A stretch of DNA of 64,000 nucleotides from an uncultured Desulfatitalea sp. (GCA_963668675.2 CAXXMB010000002.1:256001-320000), one strand, 5' to 3'. Positions 41,370 through 52,842 are shown, numbered from the stretch's first letter. Notes: generated from the letters alone by a model not told the origin. Translations and numbers: made by a program.

Positions 41370-42485
41370 ATGAAGCATATCGTACCTTGGCTGACGCTGA
41401 AAAGTGTTCCCGGCGTTGGAAACCTGCTGATCACCCGACTGATCGACACCTTCAAAACGCCGGAAAACGTACTCTCAGCTTCTACCAAGACCCTGGTACA
41501 GGTTGAGGGCATCACCCCCAGGATCGCCAACGCCATCCAGCGACAGCGAACACCCGATTGGGTGATGGGCGAAATCGAGCAGGTACACAAAAGAGGCTTT
41601 GCCTTCGTCACCCGCCATGACAGCCTGTACCCCCGCCTGCTGAGGGAGATTCCCGACCCGCCCCCACTGCTCTATGTCTATGGCAGTTTAGCCGATATCC
41701 GATACCCTATATCGGTGGTGGGTTCCCGCAAGGCGACGACCTACGGCCGAAAAGCCGCACGAAGCGTTTGCAGGCAGTTGGCCGGGAACGGTGCCTCTAT
41801 TGTCAGCGGCATGGCCAGCGGAATCGACACTGCCGCTCACGAGGGGGCTCTGGAGGGTGGGGGACAAACGGTCGCGGTGCTCGGATCGGGCCTCAACAAC
41901 ATCTATCCGGCCCAGAACCGTTACCTCTTTCACCGCATTGCCAAGCAAGGCGCTGTCATCACCGAATTCAATATGAACGCCAGGCCCGATGCCCACCACT
42001 TCCCTATGCGCAACCGCATCATCAGCGGAATCTCCTTGGGGACGGTGGTGGTTGAAGCCGCCCGTAAAAGCGGCTCCCTGATCACAGCCCGTCTGGCAGC
42101 CGAGCAGAACCGCGAGGTGTTCGCCGTGCCTGGCAACATCCACTGCGCTACAGCTCGGGGCACTCACGACCTGATAAAACAAGGGGCCAAACTGGTCGAA
42201 ACCGCTGATGACATCATCGAGGAGATCGCTCCTCAACTGGCCGGCACCGAGCCGGTTCCAGCCGGGAGCAAAAAACCACCCGAATTGTCGATCGAAGAGC
42301 AGAGGGCCTTCGAGGCCATCGATGCCTATCCGGTGCATATCGATGACCTGGCGCGACAATTAGGGCAGCCGGCGGGGCCATTGGCAGGTATCCTGGCCCA
42401 ATTGGAACTCAAAGGCGTCGTCTGCCAGGAGCCGGGTAAATTTTTTGTACGCCATACGGACTATAGCAATACGCATATCCCGTAA
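41370..42485 (+). CDS. dprA: DNA-processing protein DprA
   Basis: DPPPLLYV.G, VVGSR, IVSGMA.GID..AH, FP.RNRIISG, SGSLITA. Confidence 0.95.
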   Translation: MKHIVPWLTLKSVPGVGNLLITRLIDTFKTPENVLSASTKTLVQVEGITPRIANAIQRQRTPDWVMGEIEQVHKRGFAFVTRHDSLYPRLLREIPDPPPLLYVYGSLADIRYPISVVGSRKATTYGRKAARSVCRQLAGNGASIVSGMASGIDTAAHEGALEGGGQTVAVLGSGLNNIYPAQNRYLFHRIAKQGAVITEFNMNARPDAHHFPMRNRIISGISLGTVVVEAARKSGSLITARLAAEQNREVFAVPGNIHCATARGTHDLIKQGAKLVETADDIIEEIAPQLAGTEPVPAGSKKPPELSIEEQRAFEAIDAYPVHIDDLARQLGQPAGPLAGILAQLELKGVVCQEPGKFFVRHTDYSNTHIP

Positions 42486-42704
42486 GAGATAAGTTGTCGG
42501 CATTGAAAAATTTGGAGAGTGCCGATATTTACAATTGAGTTCCCATGCGCTAGCATGTGGGGCACTTTGCCGCGGGGCATCTGATCCAAGGCGATCGGAA
42601 ATCCCACACACACGACGATGTGGGCCCGCTTTATTAATCATCAACTGGAATGGGGCGGCGGCAATCACCGCAACCTTACAAACCATCTGCTATAGAGGTA
42701 CACT

Positions 42705-44981
42705 GTGTCTGCAAAACCACTTGTTGTTGTTGAGTCTCCAACCAAGATCCGCACCATCAAAAAATATCTGGGCAACGAATTTAACGTGGCCGCTACGGTA
42801 GGCCATATCAAAGATCTGCCTGCCAAAGAGATCGGCATCGATATCGATAATAATTTCAAGCCGCTCTACCGTAACATCCCCGGCAAATCAAAGGTGATCT
42901 CCTCCCTTCGCTCGGCGGCAGGGGAGGCCGAAGACATCTACCTTGCGCCGGACCCGGACCGTGAAGGTGAAGCCATCGCCTGGCATGCGGCCGAAATTCT
43001 AAAGAAAAAAGGGCGCCGTTTTCACCGGGTGCTCTTTCACGAACTGACCAAAAACGGCATTATCAAAGCCATTTCGACCCCTGAAACGCTCAACAAAAAT
43101 AAATATGAAGCCCAACAGGCGCGTCGTATCCTCGACCGGCTGGTAGGATACCAAGTCTCCCCGCTTCTGTGGAAAAAGGTCAAGGGCAATCTGAGTGCCG
43201 GCCGGGTGCAATCGGTGGCCGTGCGCATCATTTGCGAACGCGAAAGGGCCATCCAGCAGTTCGACCCCGAGGAGTACTGGTCCATCACCACCCAGCTCGA
43301 AGGTCAGACGCCGCCTGCCTTCGACGCAAAACTGGTTAAAAAGGATGGCAAGAAGATCACCATCCCCGATGAAGCGACGGCCAATGGCATCGTACAAGAT
43401 CTGAAGGCGGCGGAGTATCAGGTATCCAAGGTCGCCAAGAAAACAGTCCGCCGAAACCCGCAGCCTCCTTTTATCACGAGCAAGCTTCAGCAGGAAGCGA
43501 TCCGTAAGCTGCGATTTTCCGCCAAGAAGACCATGATCATCGCCCAGCAGCTTTATGAAGGCATCGACCTGGGGCCCGGCGAGCCGGTCGGTCTAATTAC
43601 CTACATGCGAACCGACTCCACCCGCATTGCCGCCGAAGCCGCCCAGGAGGCCATCGATTGGGTTCGAGATGTCCACGGCAAGGAGTACGCCCTGGACCAG
43701 CCGCGCAATTTCGGCAATCGTAAAAAGGTGCAGGATGCTCACGAGGCCATTCGCCCCACATCGGTCTACAACACCCCCGAGCAACTGGCCAGATATCTCA
43801 GCAAAGACCAGATGGCCCTCTACCAGATGATCTGGCGCCGCTTCGTGGCTTCGCAAATGACGCAGGCCCTGATCGACCAGAACAGCGTCTCTATTCAAGC
43901 CGCCGACTATACCCTGACCGTTACCGGCTCTTCGATCAAATTCCCCGGCTTCATGACCGTCTATCAGACCGTTGACCAGGAGGCTGAAAGCAGCCGCAAG
44001 CAACAATCCCTGCCACCGCTGGCCGAAGGCGATCGCCTGGACCTGAAGGAAATCTTGCCCAAGCAGCACTTCACTCAACCGCCGCCCCGCTTTTCAGAAG
44101 CGTCCCTGGTCAAGGAGCTGGAGGAGAACGGTATCGGCCGTCCAAGCACCTATGCGGCAATTCTCTCCACTATCCGAGACAAAGGCTATGTGGACCTGAT
44201 CAAAGGCTACTTCCATCCGAGCGAACTGGGTTTTATCGTCAACGATCTGTTGGTGGTCAATTTCCCCGAGATCTTCAGCGTCGAATTTACGGCGCAAATG
44301 GAAGACAATCTCGACCGCGTGGAGACAGCCGACCTCAACCTGGTGAGCGTTTTGAGCAACTTCTACGGACCGTTCAGCCGCAAACTATCCCAAGCAGACG
44401 ACCAGATGCTCAGCGTCAAAGGGGTCGGCATTCCCACGGAGCTTGAGTGCCCCCAGTGCAAAAAAAACAGACTGCATATCAAAGTGGGACGCAACGGGCA
44501 CTTTCTCGCCTGCAGCGGATACCCGGAGTGCACCTATTCTCGAGATTATGTACGCGATGAGCGCGGACGCATTCAGCCTGTAGAGCCCAACCACGAGGCC
44601 GCCACAGACAAGGTGTGCCCCAAGTGCAACAAACCCATGGTCGTCAAGCGCGGGAAGTACGGTGAGTTCATCGCGTGCAGCGGATTTCCCGAATGCAATC
44701 ACACCGAATCGATTAACGGCGGCACCAACGGGAAGAGCACCGGCGTCAACTGTCCGGAGAAGGGCTGCGACGGCGAGGTGGTCGAGAAGCGGTCCAAACG
44801 GGGTAAGGTGTTCTATGGCTGCAACCGCTACCCGGAGTGCACATTTGCCACCTGGGACAAACCCGTGGCAAAAGCTTGCCCTGCCTGTGGGAAACCCTAC
44901 CTGCTTGAAAAGACCACCAAGCGCGACGGCACCTTCCTGGCTTGTGCCGACAAGGAGTGCGGCTATCGGGAGAATCTCTGA
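42705..44981 (+). CDS. topA: DNA topoisomerase I with C-terminal zinc ribbons
   Basis: VESPTK, DPDREGEAI, SAGRVQS, ITYMRTDS. Confidence 0.97.
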   Translation: MSAKPLVVVESPTKIRTIKKYLGNEFNVAATVGHIKDLPAKEIGIDIDNNFKPLYRNIPGKSKVISSLRSAAGEAEDIYLAPDPDREGEAIAWHAAEILKKKGRRFHRVLFHELTKNGIIKAISTPETLNKNKYEAQQARRILDRLVGYQVSPLLWKKVKGNLSAGRVQSVAVRIICERERAIQQFDPEEYWSITTQLEGQTPPAFDAKLVKKDGKKITIPDEATANGIVQDLKAAEYQVSKVAKKTVRRNPQPPFITSKLQQEAIRKLRFSAKKTMIIAQQLYEGIDLGPGEPVGLITYMRTDSTRIAAEAAQEAIDWVRDVHGKEYALDQPRNFGNRKKVQDAHEAIRPTSVYNTPEQLARYLSKDQMALYQMIWRRFVASQMTQALIDQNSVSIQAADYTLTVTGSSIKFPGFMTVYQTVDQEAESSRKQQSLPPLAEGDRLDLKEILPKQHFTQPPPRFSEASLVKELEENGIGRPSTYAAILSTIRDKGYVDLIKGYFHPSELGFIVNDLLVVNFPEIFSVEFTAQMEDNLDRVETADLNLVSVLSNFYGPFSRKLSQADDQMLSVKGVGIPTELECPQCKKNRLHIKVGRNGHFLACSGYPECTYSRDYVRDERGRIQPVEPNHEAATDKVCPKCNKPMVVKRGKYGEFIACSGFPECNHTESINGGTNGKSTGVNCPEKGCDGEVVEKRSKRGKVFYGCNRYPECTFATWDKPVAKACPACGKPYLLEKTTKRDGTFLACADKECGYRENL

Positions 44982-45171
44982 CCATCCCGCCCTCCCCAAA
45001 AACTGACAGAGTCACCGAAGCGGAGCCCGAATGCCGGCACATTTTCCCATTGACGCACTTGCCTTCGGATGAGAGCATGAGCGAACATGGTCGAAAAACG
45101 GTTTTCGGTTTTACGACCATGCACCAACCTTTTGCCACAAAAACCAAATTTACCAAAACGACATACGTTCA

Positions 45172-48126
45172 TTGCACACGGAGAATCAGATGGGCAGGGA
45201 TGCAGCGAAGCGACCTCGGATTGAACCTCACTCCATGTCAAAGCAATTTGCCAAAGATTATCTGACCATTTCCATCATTCCACTCTTAATCCTTTTCATC
45301 CTTGTCATCGTCGGCACAACCATTACGCGCAGTTATCTGACCCAACTGATTGTAGCGTCCACCAGCGACCTGAACGAGGATGCGGAACGCAACCTGCAGC
45401 AATTGGGTGAACTGCTGATTCAGTCCAAAGCGAGGGATGTCGCCAAACAGATCGAGATCTACTTCCGCATGCATCCGGACCGTACCATCGAGGAGATGCG
45501 CAACGATCCACTGTTTATCAGTCTTGCCATACAAAAAGTGGGAAAGACGGGCTATACGGCCATCACCGAAACGGAAACCTACCTGTTCCGTGTACACCCC
45601 AACGAAAAACTCAACGACACGGACATGCGCGATCTTGCAGAGAAGCTGCCCTCATGGTGGAAAATCGTCTCCGCCTCGAACGAGGGCGTTGAAGCGTCGG
45701 GATATTATAATTGGCTTGAGCCGGATGGATCGATTCGGAAAAAATTCATGGCCTTTTCGCCGATAAGGATGACACTTCAGGGGACCACGGAAATGGTAGC
45801 GGTCACCACCTATATCGACGAATTCTCCGCCCCTATTCACGACATGCGGGAGCGCGCCGATAGTATCGTCGCCCAATACCAGCGCTATGTATCCCGACAG
45901 TGGGGTATTTTCAGCATCATCGCAATCGCAGTGCTCATCCTGACCTTTGCCGGAACCTACTTTTTAGGCCGAAGAGCGGCGTTGCGATATATCCACCCCA
46001 TCATGCAGTTGGCCCAATCCGCCCACGAACTGGGAGAAGGCAAGTGGGACATCGCCACCCATGATGAGGTGCTCAAGAGAAAAGACGAAATCGGTACGCT
46101 GGCGCACGCCTTGAACAGCATGTCGTCGCAGTTGAGAGATCTTTTTAACCGTCTCAAGCAACGGGTACAAGAACTCAAAGAGACTCAGAATGCATTGGAA
46201 GAGAGCGAGGCCCATTTCCGAAGCCTGTTTGACGGTGTTCCAGTCGGGCTCTATCGCTCTGCGCCCGATGGCACGATCCTCGACGCCAATCCCACATTGG
46301 CCGGCATGCTGGGATTTCCGGATCTGGTCACCTTCATGAAGCATAATGCAGCACAGCTCTATCTCGACCCGGAGGAGAGAACCCTCTGGCAATCCCAAAT
46401 GGAAGATAAGGGGACGGTCCACAACTTTGAAATACGAATGCGAAGATATGATGGCTCGATCGCTTGGATCGAAAATCAGGCCCGTGCTGTAAGAAACGAG
46501 ACGGGCCACATCAGTTATTACGAAGGTAGTCTTAAAGACGTCTCCGAACGAAGAGAAGCCGAAGAGGCGCTTAAAGCAAGCGAGGAGCGACTGAGACTGC
46601 TCTATGAAGAATCTAAAAAGGCCGAAGAAGTATACCGCTCCTTGATCCATTCATCGGCCGATGCGATCGTTATCTATGATCTTAAGGGAAACGCCAGCTA
46701 TATCAGCCCCATGTTTTCGGAGATGTTCGAATGGAGCTCGGACGAGTTGCTGGGCAAAACCGTCCCCTTCGTGCCGGAATCCGAGCGGGAGATCACCATG
46801 AAAATGGTTCGGCAGGTTATCGAGAACGGGACGCCGTGCCAGGGGTTCGAATCGAAGCGCACCACAAAAAGCGGACGGGTGATCGATGTGAGCATCAGCG
46901 CCTCCAGATATGATGATCACAAGGGCAGACCGGCCGGCATGCTGGTCATCCTCAGGGATATTTCCGAACGAAAACGCCTGGAATCCCAACTTCAGCACAT
47001 CGAACGAATGGAAGCGATAGGAACGCTTGCCGGTGGCATTTCCCATGATTTCAATAATTTACTAATGGTTGTGCAGGGAAGTGCCAGCCTGCTGAAGCAA
47101 CAGCTGCCCGACTTGGACGCGAACCAAAAAATTCTGGACAACATCGAAAAGCAGGTTCAACGCGGATCACGCTTGACCAGCCAGCTGCTCGGTTATGCGC
47201 GCAAAGGTCGGTACCAAGTGCGGCCGCTCGACCTTAACGCCATCGTGCGGGAAAATACGGAGACCATAAGACACACACGCAAAGACATCACCATCCATTA
47301 CGATCTTTCCAAGGAGATCAAAACAATCGAAGCCGATGTCTATCAGATCGAACAGGTGTTGATGAACCTCTTCATCAATGCATCCGATGCAATGCCTGAT
47401 GGGGGAGAGCTGCATCTAAAAACACGAAATGTCTCTTCCGACGAGATGACAAACGGTCCCTATAAACCCAAACCCGGTTCCTATATCCTGTTACGGGTGG
47501 AGGACAATGGTATCGGCATGAACCAGAAAACACTCGACCGGGCCTTCGATCCCTTTTTTACCACCAAGGAGATGGGCAAGGGGACCGGGCTCGGACTCTC
47601 TTCCGTCTATGGAATCGTTAAAAGTCACGGCGGCTATATCGATGCTGAATCCGAAATCGGTCGCGGAACGGCCTTCAGCATCTATCTTCCCGCTTCGGAT
47701 AGCCCCATAGCGCCCTCCGGTCCCAAGCCCCGGCAGGTGCCGAAAGGTGAAGGCACCATTTTACTCATCGATGACGAGCCCCTTGTCCTCGATGTGGGCT
47801 CAAAGATGCTTCGATCCCTTGGCTACGAAGTGATCTCGGCCAGCAGCGGAAAGCAGGCGATCGATATTTACAAAGAGCAGAGTGAAAAGATCGATCTGAT
47901 CCTTCTCGATATGGTGATGCCTGACATGGGGGGCAGTGTCAGTTTCGACCTGCTCAACAAAATCAATCCCCAAGCCAAAGTCATCCTTTCCAGCGGTTAC
48001 AGCATTGATGGCAAGGCGACTGAGATCATGAGCCGCGGGTGTAAAGGATTTATTCAAAAGCCATACACCATCGAGCAGCTATCGCAGAAGGTGCAATCCG
48101 TTCTATCGGGGGCCACCCAAAAATGA
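45172..48126 (+). CDS. Membrane hybrid sensor kinase (Cache-like, HAMP, 2 PAS, HisKA, HATPase, REC)
   Basis: Two TM segments, RKDEIGTLA, GGISHDFNN, FFTTK..GKGTGLGL, LDMVMP; start uncertain. Confidence 0.92.
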   Translation: MHTENQMGRDAAKRPRIEPHSMSKQFAKDYLTISIIPLLILFILVIVGTTITRSYLTQLIVASTSDLNEDAERNLQQLGELLIQSKARDVAKQIEIYFRMHPDRTIEEMRNDPLFISLAIQKVGKTGYTAITETETYLFRVHPNEKLNDTDMRDLAEKLPSWWKIVSASNEGVEASGYYNWLEPDGSIRKKFMAFSPIRMTLQGTTEMVAVTTYIDEFSAPIHDMRERADSIVAQYQRYVSRQWGIFSIIAIAVLILTFAGTYFLGRRAALRYIHPIMQLAQSAHELGEGKWDIATHDEVLKRKDEIGTLAHALNSMSSQLRDLFNRLKQRVQELKETQNALEESEAHFRSLFDGVPVGLYRSAPDGTILDANPTLAGMLGFPDLVTFMKHNAAQLYLDPEERTLWQSQMEDKGTVHNFEIRMRRYDGSIAWIENQARAVRNETGHISYYEGSLKDVSERREAEEALKASEERLRLLYEESKKAEEVYRSLIHSSADAIVIYDLKGNASYISPMFSEMFEWSSDELLGKTVPFVPESEREITMKMVRQVIENGTPCQGFESKRTTKSGRVIDVSISASRYDDHKGRPAGMLVILRDISERKRLESQLQHIERMEAIGTLAGGISHDFNNLLMVVQGSASLLKQQLPDLDANQKILDNIEKQVQRGSRLTSQLLGYARKGRYQVRPLDLNAIVRENTETIRHTRKDITIHYDLSKEIKTIEADVYQIEQVLMNLFINASDAMPDGGELHLKTRNVSSDEMTNGPYKPKPGSYILLRVEDNGIGMNQKTLDRAFDPFFTTKEMGKGTGLGLSSVYGIVKSHGGYIDAESEIGRGTAFSIYLPASDSPIAPSGPKPRQVPKGEGTILLIDDEPLVLDVGSKMLRSLGYEVISASSGKQAIDIYKEQSEKIDLILLDMVMPDMGGSVSFDLLNKINPQAKVILSSGYSIDGKATEIMSRGCKGFIQKPYTIEQLSQKVQSVLSGATQK

Positions 48127-48358
48127 TGTGAGCCGACATCCCATCTCTCAGCAGAGAGGTCAAAACCCGGCAATGCTTCCGCCGGCCACACCTTGACATC
48201 CTCGTCACTTAAGGCTAAAAATTAATGTGATTTCATGTTGATAGATATGATACTCGCACACGGCCTTAGGGCATTCAAACCATGTGCTGTCAAAACATCG
48301 CATCCATCTTGCTTAGAACGAAACATCACTGAACCATACTCTGACGGGAGCCTGTGGG

Positions 48359-51300
48359 ATGACCGACAACGCCGCCTATCAGCAACTCGAAGAGCGTCTT
48401 AACGATATCCAAAAGTGGATCTCGGAAGGATACTATGAGATTGATTTAAAAGGAAATTTTACGTTTATAAACGATGCGTTCATACGCATTACCGGCTACA
48501 CCCGCCAAGAGCTGATGGGAATGGGATACCGGGAATACACCTCACCGGAAGATGCAAATCATCTGTTCCGAATCTTCAACAAGGCCAGCGAAACCGGTGA
48601 ATCGGGCGAGGTCGTCGACTTCGGTTTTATCCGCAAGGACGGATCGGTGGCCCGGGTCGAGATATCGACTAGCCTGAGCCGCAATCCTTCAGGGCAGCCG
48701 ATCGGTTTCTACGGAATTATGCGTGATCGAACCGAACAGAAAAGGGTGGAGGAGAGGCTGCGGCAGAGCGAAGAGAGCTATCGCGGCCTGCTGGAGTTGG
48801 CCCCGGACGCGATCTCGGTGACCCGAATCAGTGATGGCCGCTATGTGCAGGTCAACAACACCTTCACCAAACGCACCGGCTACAGTGCCGAAGAGGCGGT
48901 GGGTCGAACCATCTCCGACCTGAACATTTACGCCGACCCCTCTGATCGCGGCCGCGTATTGGAAGCGCTCAAACGGGACGGTAAAATTGAAGCGATGGAG
49001 ATGAAGTTCAGAACCAAGTCGGGTGCCATTCAGGACACCCTGATGTCCGCCCGTCCCGTCTCATACCAGGGCGACGACTGCCTCCTGGTCGTCAGCGCCA
49101 ACATCGGCCCGCTCAAACAGGCCCAGCGCAACCTGCGCCAAAAGGAGTCCAAACTTCGCAACATACTGGAGAGCATCAACGATGGATACTACGAGGTCGA
49201 TCTGAATGGGAACCTGATCTATTTCAACGATGCCCTGCTGCAGCTTTCGGGCTATCCTCGCCAGGAGCTTACGGGGATGAATTTCAGGGATTTTATCGCG
49301 ACCGAAGACGCTGAAAAGGTCTACGCCGTCTTCTATGAGATCTACCGCGGGACCGCTGCGACCCAATTTATCGAGCATTCGACCGTAAAAAAGGATGGCA
49401 CCCGCCGCATGGTGGAGACCTCCATCAGCTTGGCACGCAACGCTTCAGGAGAGCCGGCCGGCTTCTACGGCATCACGCGCGACCGCACCGAGCAAAAGAT
49501 GGCCGAGGAGAAGCTTCAACAGAGTGAAGAGGGCTATCGCGGCATTCTTGAATTGGCCCCGGACTCAATCACGGTGGGGACCATTGAAGATGGTCGCTAC
49601 CTTCTGGTCAACGACGCCTTCTGTAAACTGAGCGGTTATGCGGCCGAGGAGGCGTTGGGCCGGACGGCCTTGGAGCTGGGCCTGTATGCCGATGCCAAAG
49701 ACCGGGAGCAGATGCTCAACGATCTGAAGAGACACGGCCGCGTCGAAAACGCCGAAATTCAGTTCAAAACCAAGTCCGGCCGAATTTTACAAACACTGAC
49801 ATCGGCCATAAAGATCGTGTTCGAGGGTAAGGATTGTCTCCTGGTCATCGTCACCGACATCACCTCCCTCAAAGAGGCACAGGAGGTCCTCCAACAAAGC
49901 GAAAAGAAGTACCGCACGATTCTGGAGGGTATGGAAGAGGGCTACTATGAGATCGATTTGAATGGCGACTTCACCTATTTCAACGAATCCACCCGCAAGC
50001 TGCATGGCTACTCACCCGAGGAATTGATGGGGATGAGCTATAAGCAGTATCTAAGGCCCGACACGGCCAAAGTATTCTTCAATATCTTTATTAAAATATT
50101 CGAAACCGGAGTACCTTCGACCATATTGGAGTACGAGGTGATCCGTAAAGATGGGACGAGTCGTATATGTGAAATGTCGGCCTACCTCAGAAGGGACCCA
50201 TCCGGCAAACCGATCGGTTTCTGGGGCATTACTCGGGATCGTACTGACCAGAAGAAGATGGAGGCCCAACTGCTCCAATCCAACAAGATGGAAGCCATCG
50301 GCACCTTGGCCGGAGGGCTGGCCCATGACTTCAACAACCTGTTGATGGGAATTCAGGGCAACGCTGCGCTGATGCTCATGGATATCGGTGAAGAGGACCT
50401 CGGCTATGACAACCTGAAGAGCATCGAACAGTATGTCAAGGCCGGCGCAGACCTCACCAAACAGCTGCTCGGCGCTGCCAAAGGTGGAAAGTACGAGGTT
50501 AAACCGGCCGATATGAACCGGGTGGTCGACGCCAGCGCCAATCTATTCGGTCGTACGAAAAAAGAGATCCGCATCCATAAAGCCCTTCAGACGAACTTGT
50601 GGACCGTGGAGGTCGACCGTGGCCAGATTGAACAGGTCCTATTGAACCTCTACGTGAATGCCTGGCATGCCATGCCAAATGGGGGTGATCTTTACATAGA
50701 GAGCCGCAACATCGAGTTGGATGAAGAGAGCGCCCACCCCTATGGCCTGCATCCTGGGCGGCATATCAGAGTCACGGTCACCGATACCGGCACAGGTATC
50801 GCCCCAGATGATCTGAAACAAATATTCGACCCCTTTTTCACCACCAAAGAGATGAGCCGCGGCACCGGGTTGGGCCTTGCATCGGCTTACGGCATCATCT
50901 CCAACCATGGTGGTACAATTACGGTCTATAGCGAACAGGGCAATGGCAGCACCTTCAACATCTATATTCCGGTGACCGACAAGCAGGTCGTAACAAAGAG
51001 AGAAGCAACAGCAGAGACCATCTCCGGCAACGAAACAGTCCTTTTGGTAGACGATGATGCGGGCATCGTGGGGGTCGGGCGGTTGATTCTGGAGAAACTG
51101 GGATATCACGTCATGACCGCTCACAGTGGGCAGGAGGCCATCGACATCTATCAGCAGCATCAGAAGATCATCGATCTTGTGATCCTGGACATGATCATGC
51201 CGGGCTTGAGTGGCAGCGAAACCTTCAATGAGATGAAAGCAATCAACCCAGAAATCAGCGTCATTCTTTCGAGCGGCTACAGCATCAATGGCCAAGCAAA

Positions 51301-51397
51301 AAGCATTATGGAAAGCGGCTGCAAAGGCTTCATTCAGAAGCCTTACAACATCAAAGAGCTCTCCATCAAGCTAAGAGAAGTACTCGATGCCCCCTGA
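48359..51397 (+). CDS. Cytoplasmic hybrid sensor kinase (5 PAS, HisKA, HATPase, REC)
   Basis: Five PAS repeats, GGLAHDFNN, FFTTK..RGTGLGL, LDMIMP. Confidence 0.93.
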   Translation: MTDNAAYQQLEERLNDIQKWISEGYYEIDLKGNFTFINDAFIRITGYTRQELMGMGYREYTSPEDANHLFRIFNKASETGESGEVVDFGFIRKDGSVARVEISTSLSRNPSGQPIGFYGIMRDRTEQKRVEERLRQSEESYRGLLELAPDAISVTRISDGRYVQVNNTFTKRTGYSAEEAVGRTISDLNIYADPSDRGRVLEALKRDGKIEAMEMKFRTKSGAIQDTLMSARPVSYQGDDCLLVVSANIGPLKQAQRNLRQKESKLRNILESINDGYYEVDLNGNLIYFNDALLQLSGYPRQELTGMNFRDFIATEDAEKVYAVFYEIYRGTAATQFIEHSTVKKDGTRRMVETSISLARNASGEPAGFYGITRDRTEQKMAEEKLQQSEEGYRGILELAPDSITVGTIEDGRYLLVNDAFCKLSGYAAEEALGRTALELGLYADAKDREQMLNDLKRHGRVENAEIQFKTKSGRILQTLTSAIKIVFEGKDCLLVIVTDITSLKEAQEVLQQSEKKYRTILEGMEEGYYEIDLNGDFTYFNESTRKLHGYSPEELMGMSYKQYLRPDTAKVFFNIFIKIFETGVPSTILEYEVIRKDGTSRICEMSAYLRRDPSGKPIGFWGITRDRTDQKKMEAQLLQSNKMEAIGTLAGGLAHDFNNLLMGIQGNAALMLMDIGEEDLGYDNLKSIEQYVKAGADLTKQLLGAAKGGKYEVKPADMNRVVDASANLFGRTKKEIRIHKALQTNLWTVEVDRGQIEQVLLNLYVNAWHAMPNGGDLYIESRNIELDEESAHPYGLHPGRHIRVTVTDTGTGIAPDDLKQIFDPFFTTKEMSRGTGLGLASAYGIISNHGGTITVYSEQGNGSTFNIYIPVTDKQVVTKREATAETISGNETVLLVDDDAGIVGVGRLILEKLGYHVMTAHSGQEAIDIYQQHQKIIDLVILDMIMPGLSGSETFNEMKAINPEISVILSSGYSINGQAKSIMESGCKGFIQKPYNIKELSIKLREVLDAP

Positions 51398-51426
51398 ACC
51401 GAAACGCCTCACTGCAAACCGGGCGA

Positions 51427-52551
51427 TCAGGTCTTGGATGGCAGGATCTTCTCCATCACCTCCTGGGGCATGCGCAGGGCGGCACGCTCGCCGTTGGATG
51501 TATTGATCAATCCTCTCTGGATGAGCATCCTGAGGGATCGCTCTTTTTTAGCGGCGGCAGCCCCGGAGAGATGGGCAACGACCTCGTCCGGTATCGGCTC
51601 GGTCTCCAGAAAACCCGTCTTGACGGCCTCGTCTACGACCCGCTCTCCCCTTTCGGACCGGACAATCAGCGTATTCCACTTTTCGCGCCCCTCGTACATC
51701 CCCACAGAGAGGTCAGCCAACTCGGAGGTCATATCCAAACAGGTAAAACAGGTGTGCGGAATGAGCGGCTTCAACTCGGAGAGGGAGATCTCCACAGGCC
51801 CCTTGACCGTATCCAGCACCATGACGTTGGCCGGTGGGGGGGGGATATCCATGCCTCGAATATCTGCCAGGTCCACCCGTTGCGCCAGCAGGTCGATCAA
51901 TTGACGGGTGTCCAGAGACCAGTTGCAAAAAAGGCCGATGGTTAATGCGACAGAAACCTGATGCTCCTCTTTCTCCAACGGGTTCATCCGCATCTGGGAG
52001 ACGGCCAGCATCTGACAGGGGGTGCCGATAACGCCCAGATCCCTGTAACCCTGCTGTACAGCTCTGTTCAACCCGGCCAGGGTCGGCGCCGCCATGAACT
52101 TGGATCCTGCCAGTCCGGCAACCTGCGTCCAGTCGGTCACCAGGCTGGCGACCGGCGTCAGTGCTTGACGATCCGTCAATGCAGCTGCGCTGACCATCCC
52201 GGCCTTCATGGCATGGGCCATCAGCGCCGAGGCCGTACCGCCACCCTGGAAATGCCCGGGCACCATCTGCTCTCCCGCCCTGGCGGCCAGTACCGTTCGA
52301 AAGGGTCCCAGCGGGCTACCGTCGTATGGGGTATTCCAAACGTGCTGATAGACAGCGTTCAGGTCAACCTCGGCCTTGGGACAATAGGCAAAACATCGTC
52401 CCTGAGGCAGTGTACACGGAAACAATTGCGCTGTTTTACCCTTGTAATTTTTGAAGTAGGGACACAACTCAACGCATGCCCCGCAGCCGATACACAGCTC
52501 CCTGTCGTGCACATCCTCGATCAATTCATTGGACCCAAACACCTGTGGCAT
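51427..52551 (-). CDS. F420 hydrogenase/dehydrogenase beta-subunit-like (FrhB/FdhB) Fe-S flavoprotein
   Basis: CIGCGACVELCP, QGGGTASAL, GSKF, IGTPCQ, IGLFC, C..C.D..SELADLSVG. Confidence 0.85.
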   Translation of the reverse strand: MPQVFGSNELIEDVHDRELCIGCGACVELCPYFKNYKGKTAQLFPCTLPQGRCFAYCPKAEVDLNAVYQHVWNTPYDGSPLGPFRTVLAARAGEQMVPGHFQGGGTASALMAHAMKAGMVSAAALTDRQALTPVASLVTDWTQVAGLAGSKFMAAPTLAGLNRAVQQGYRDLGVIGTPCQMLAVSQMRMNPLEKEEHQVSVALTIGLFCNWSLDTRQLIDLLAQRVDLADIRGMDIPPPPANVMVLDTVKGPVEISLSELKPLIPHTCFTCLDMTSELADLSVGMYEGREKWNTLIVRSERGERVVDEAVKTGFLETEPIPDEVVAHLSGAAAAKKERSLRMLIQRGLINTSNGERAALRMPQEVMEKILPSKT

Positions 52552-52842
52552 GTATCCCCCTATCACTCTGTAATATTTATCTATCAACAATCCTGTAGAG
52601 ATAGACGACGCGGGTAACCGCCCCATTGTTCCAGGCCTAAATCGCCCCCGTCTGCGTTACTTTACGGCAAATGCTCGCCTCAACCCAAATAGAAACTTAC
52701 ATATTTTAGCCTAAGTGCCGATACAAAGAAAGAAGGTTTCTGCTATTGAGGCCTTAAAAAGTGTGAACGACCGATGGTGTTGCATCTTTGTTTCGAGACA
52801 TCGCTGCTCAGGCGCCCGGCTATCGGTCTACTGGAGAAGAAG

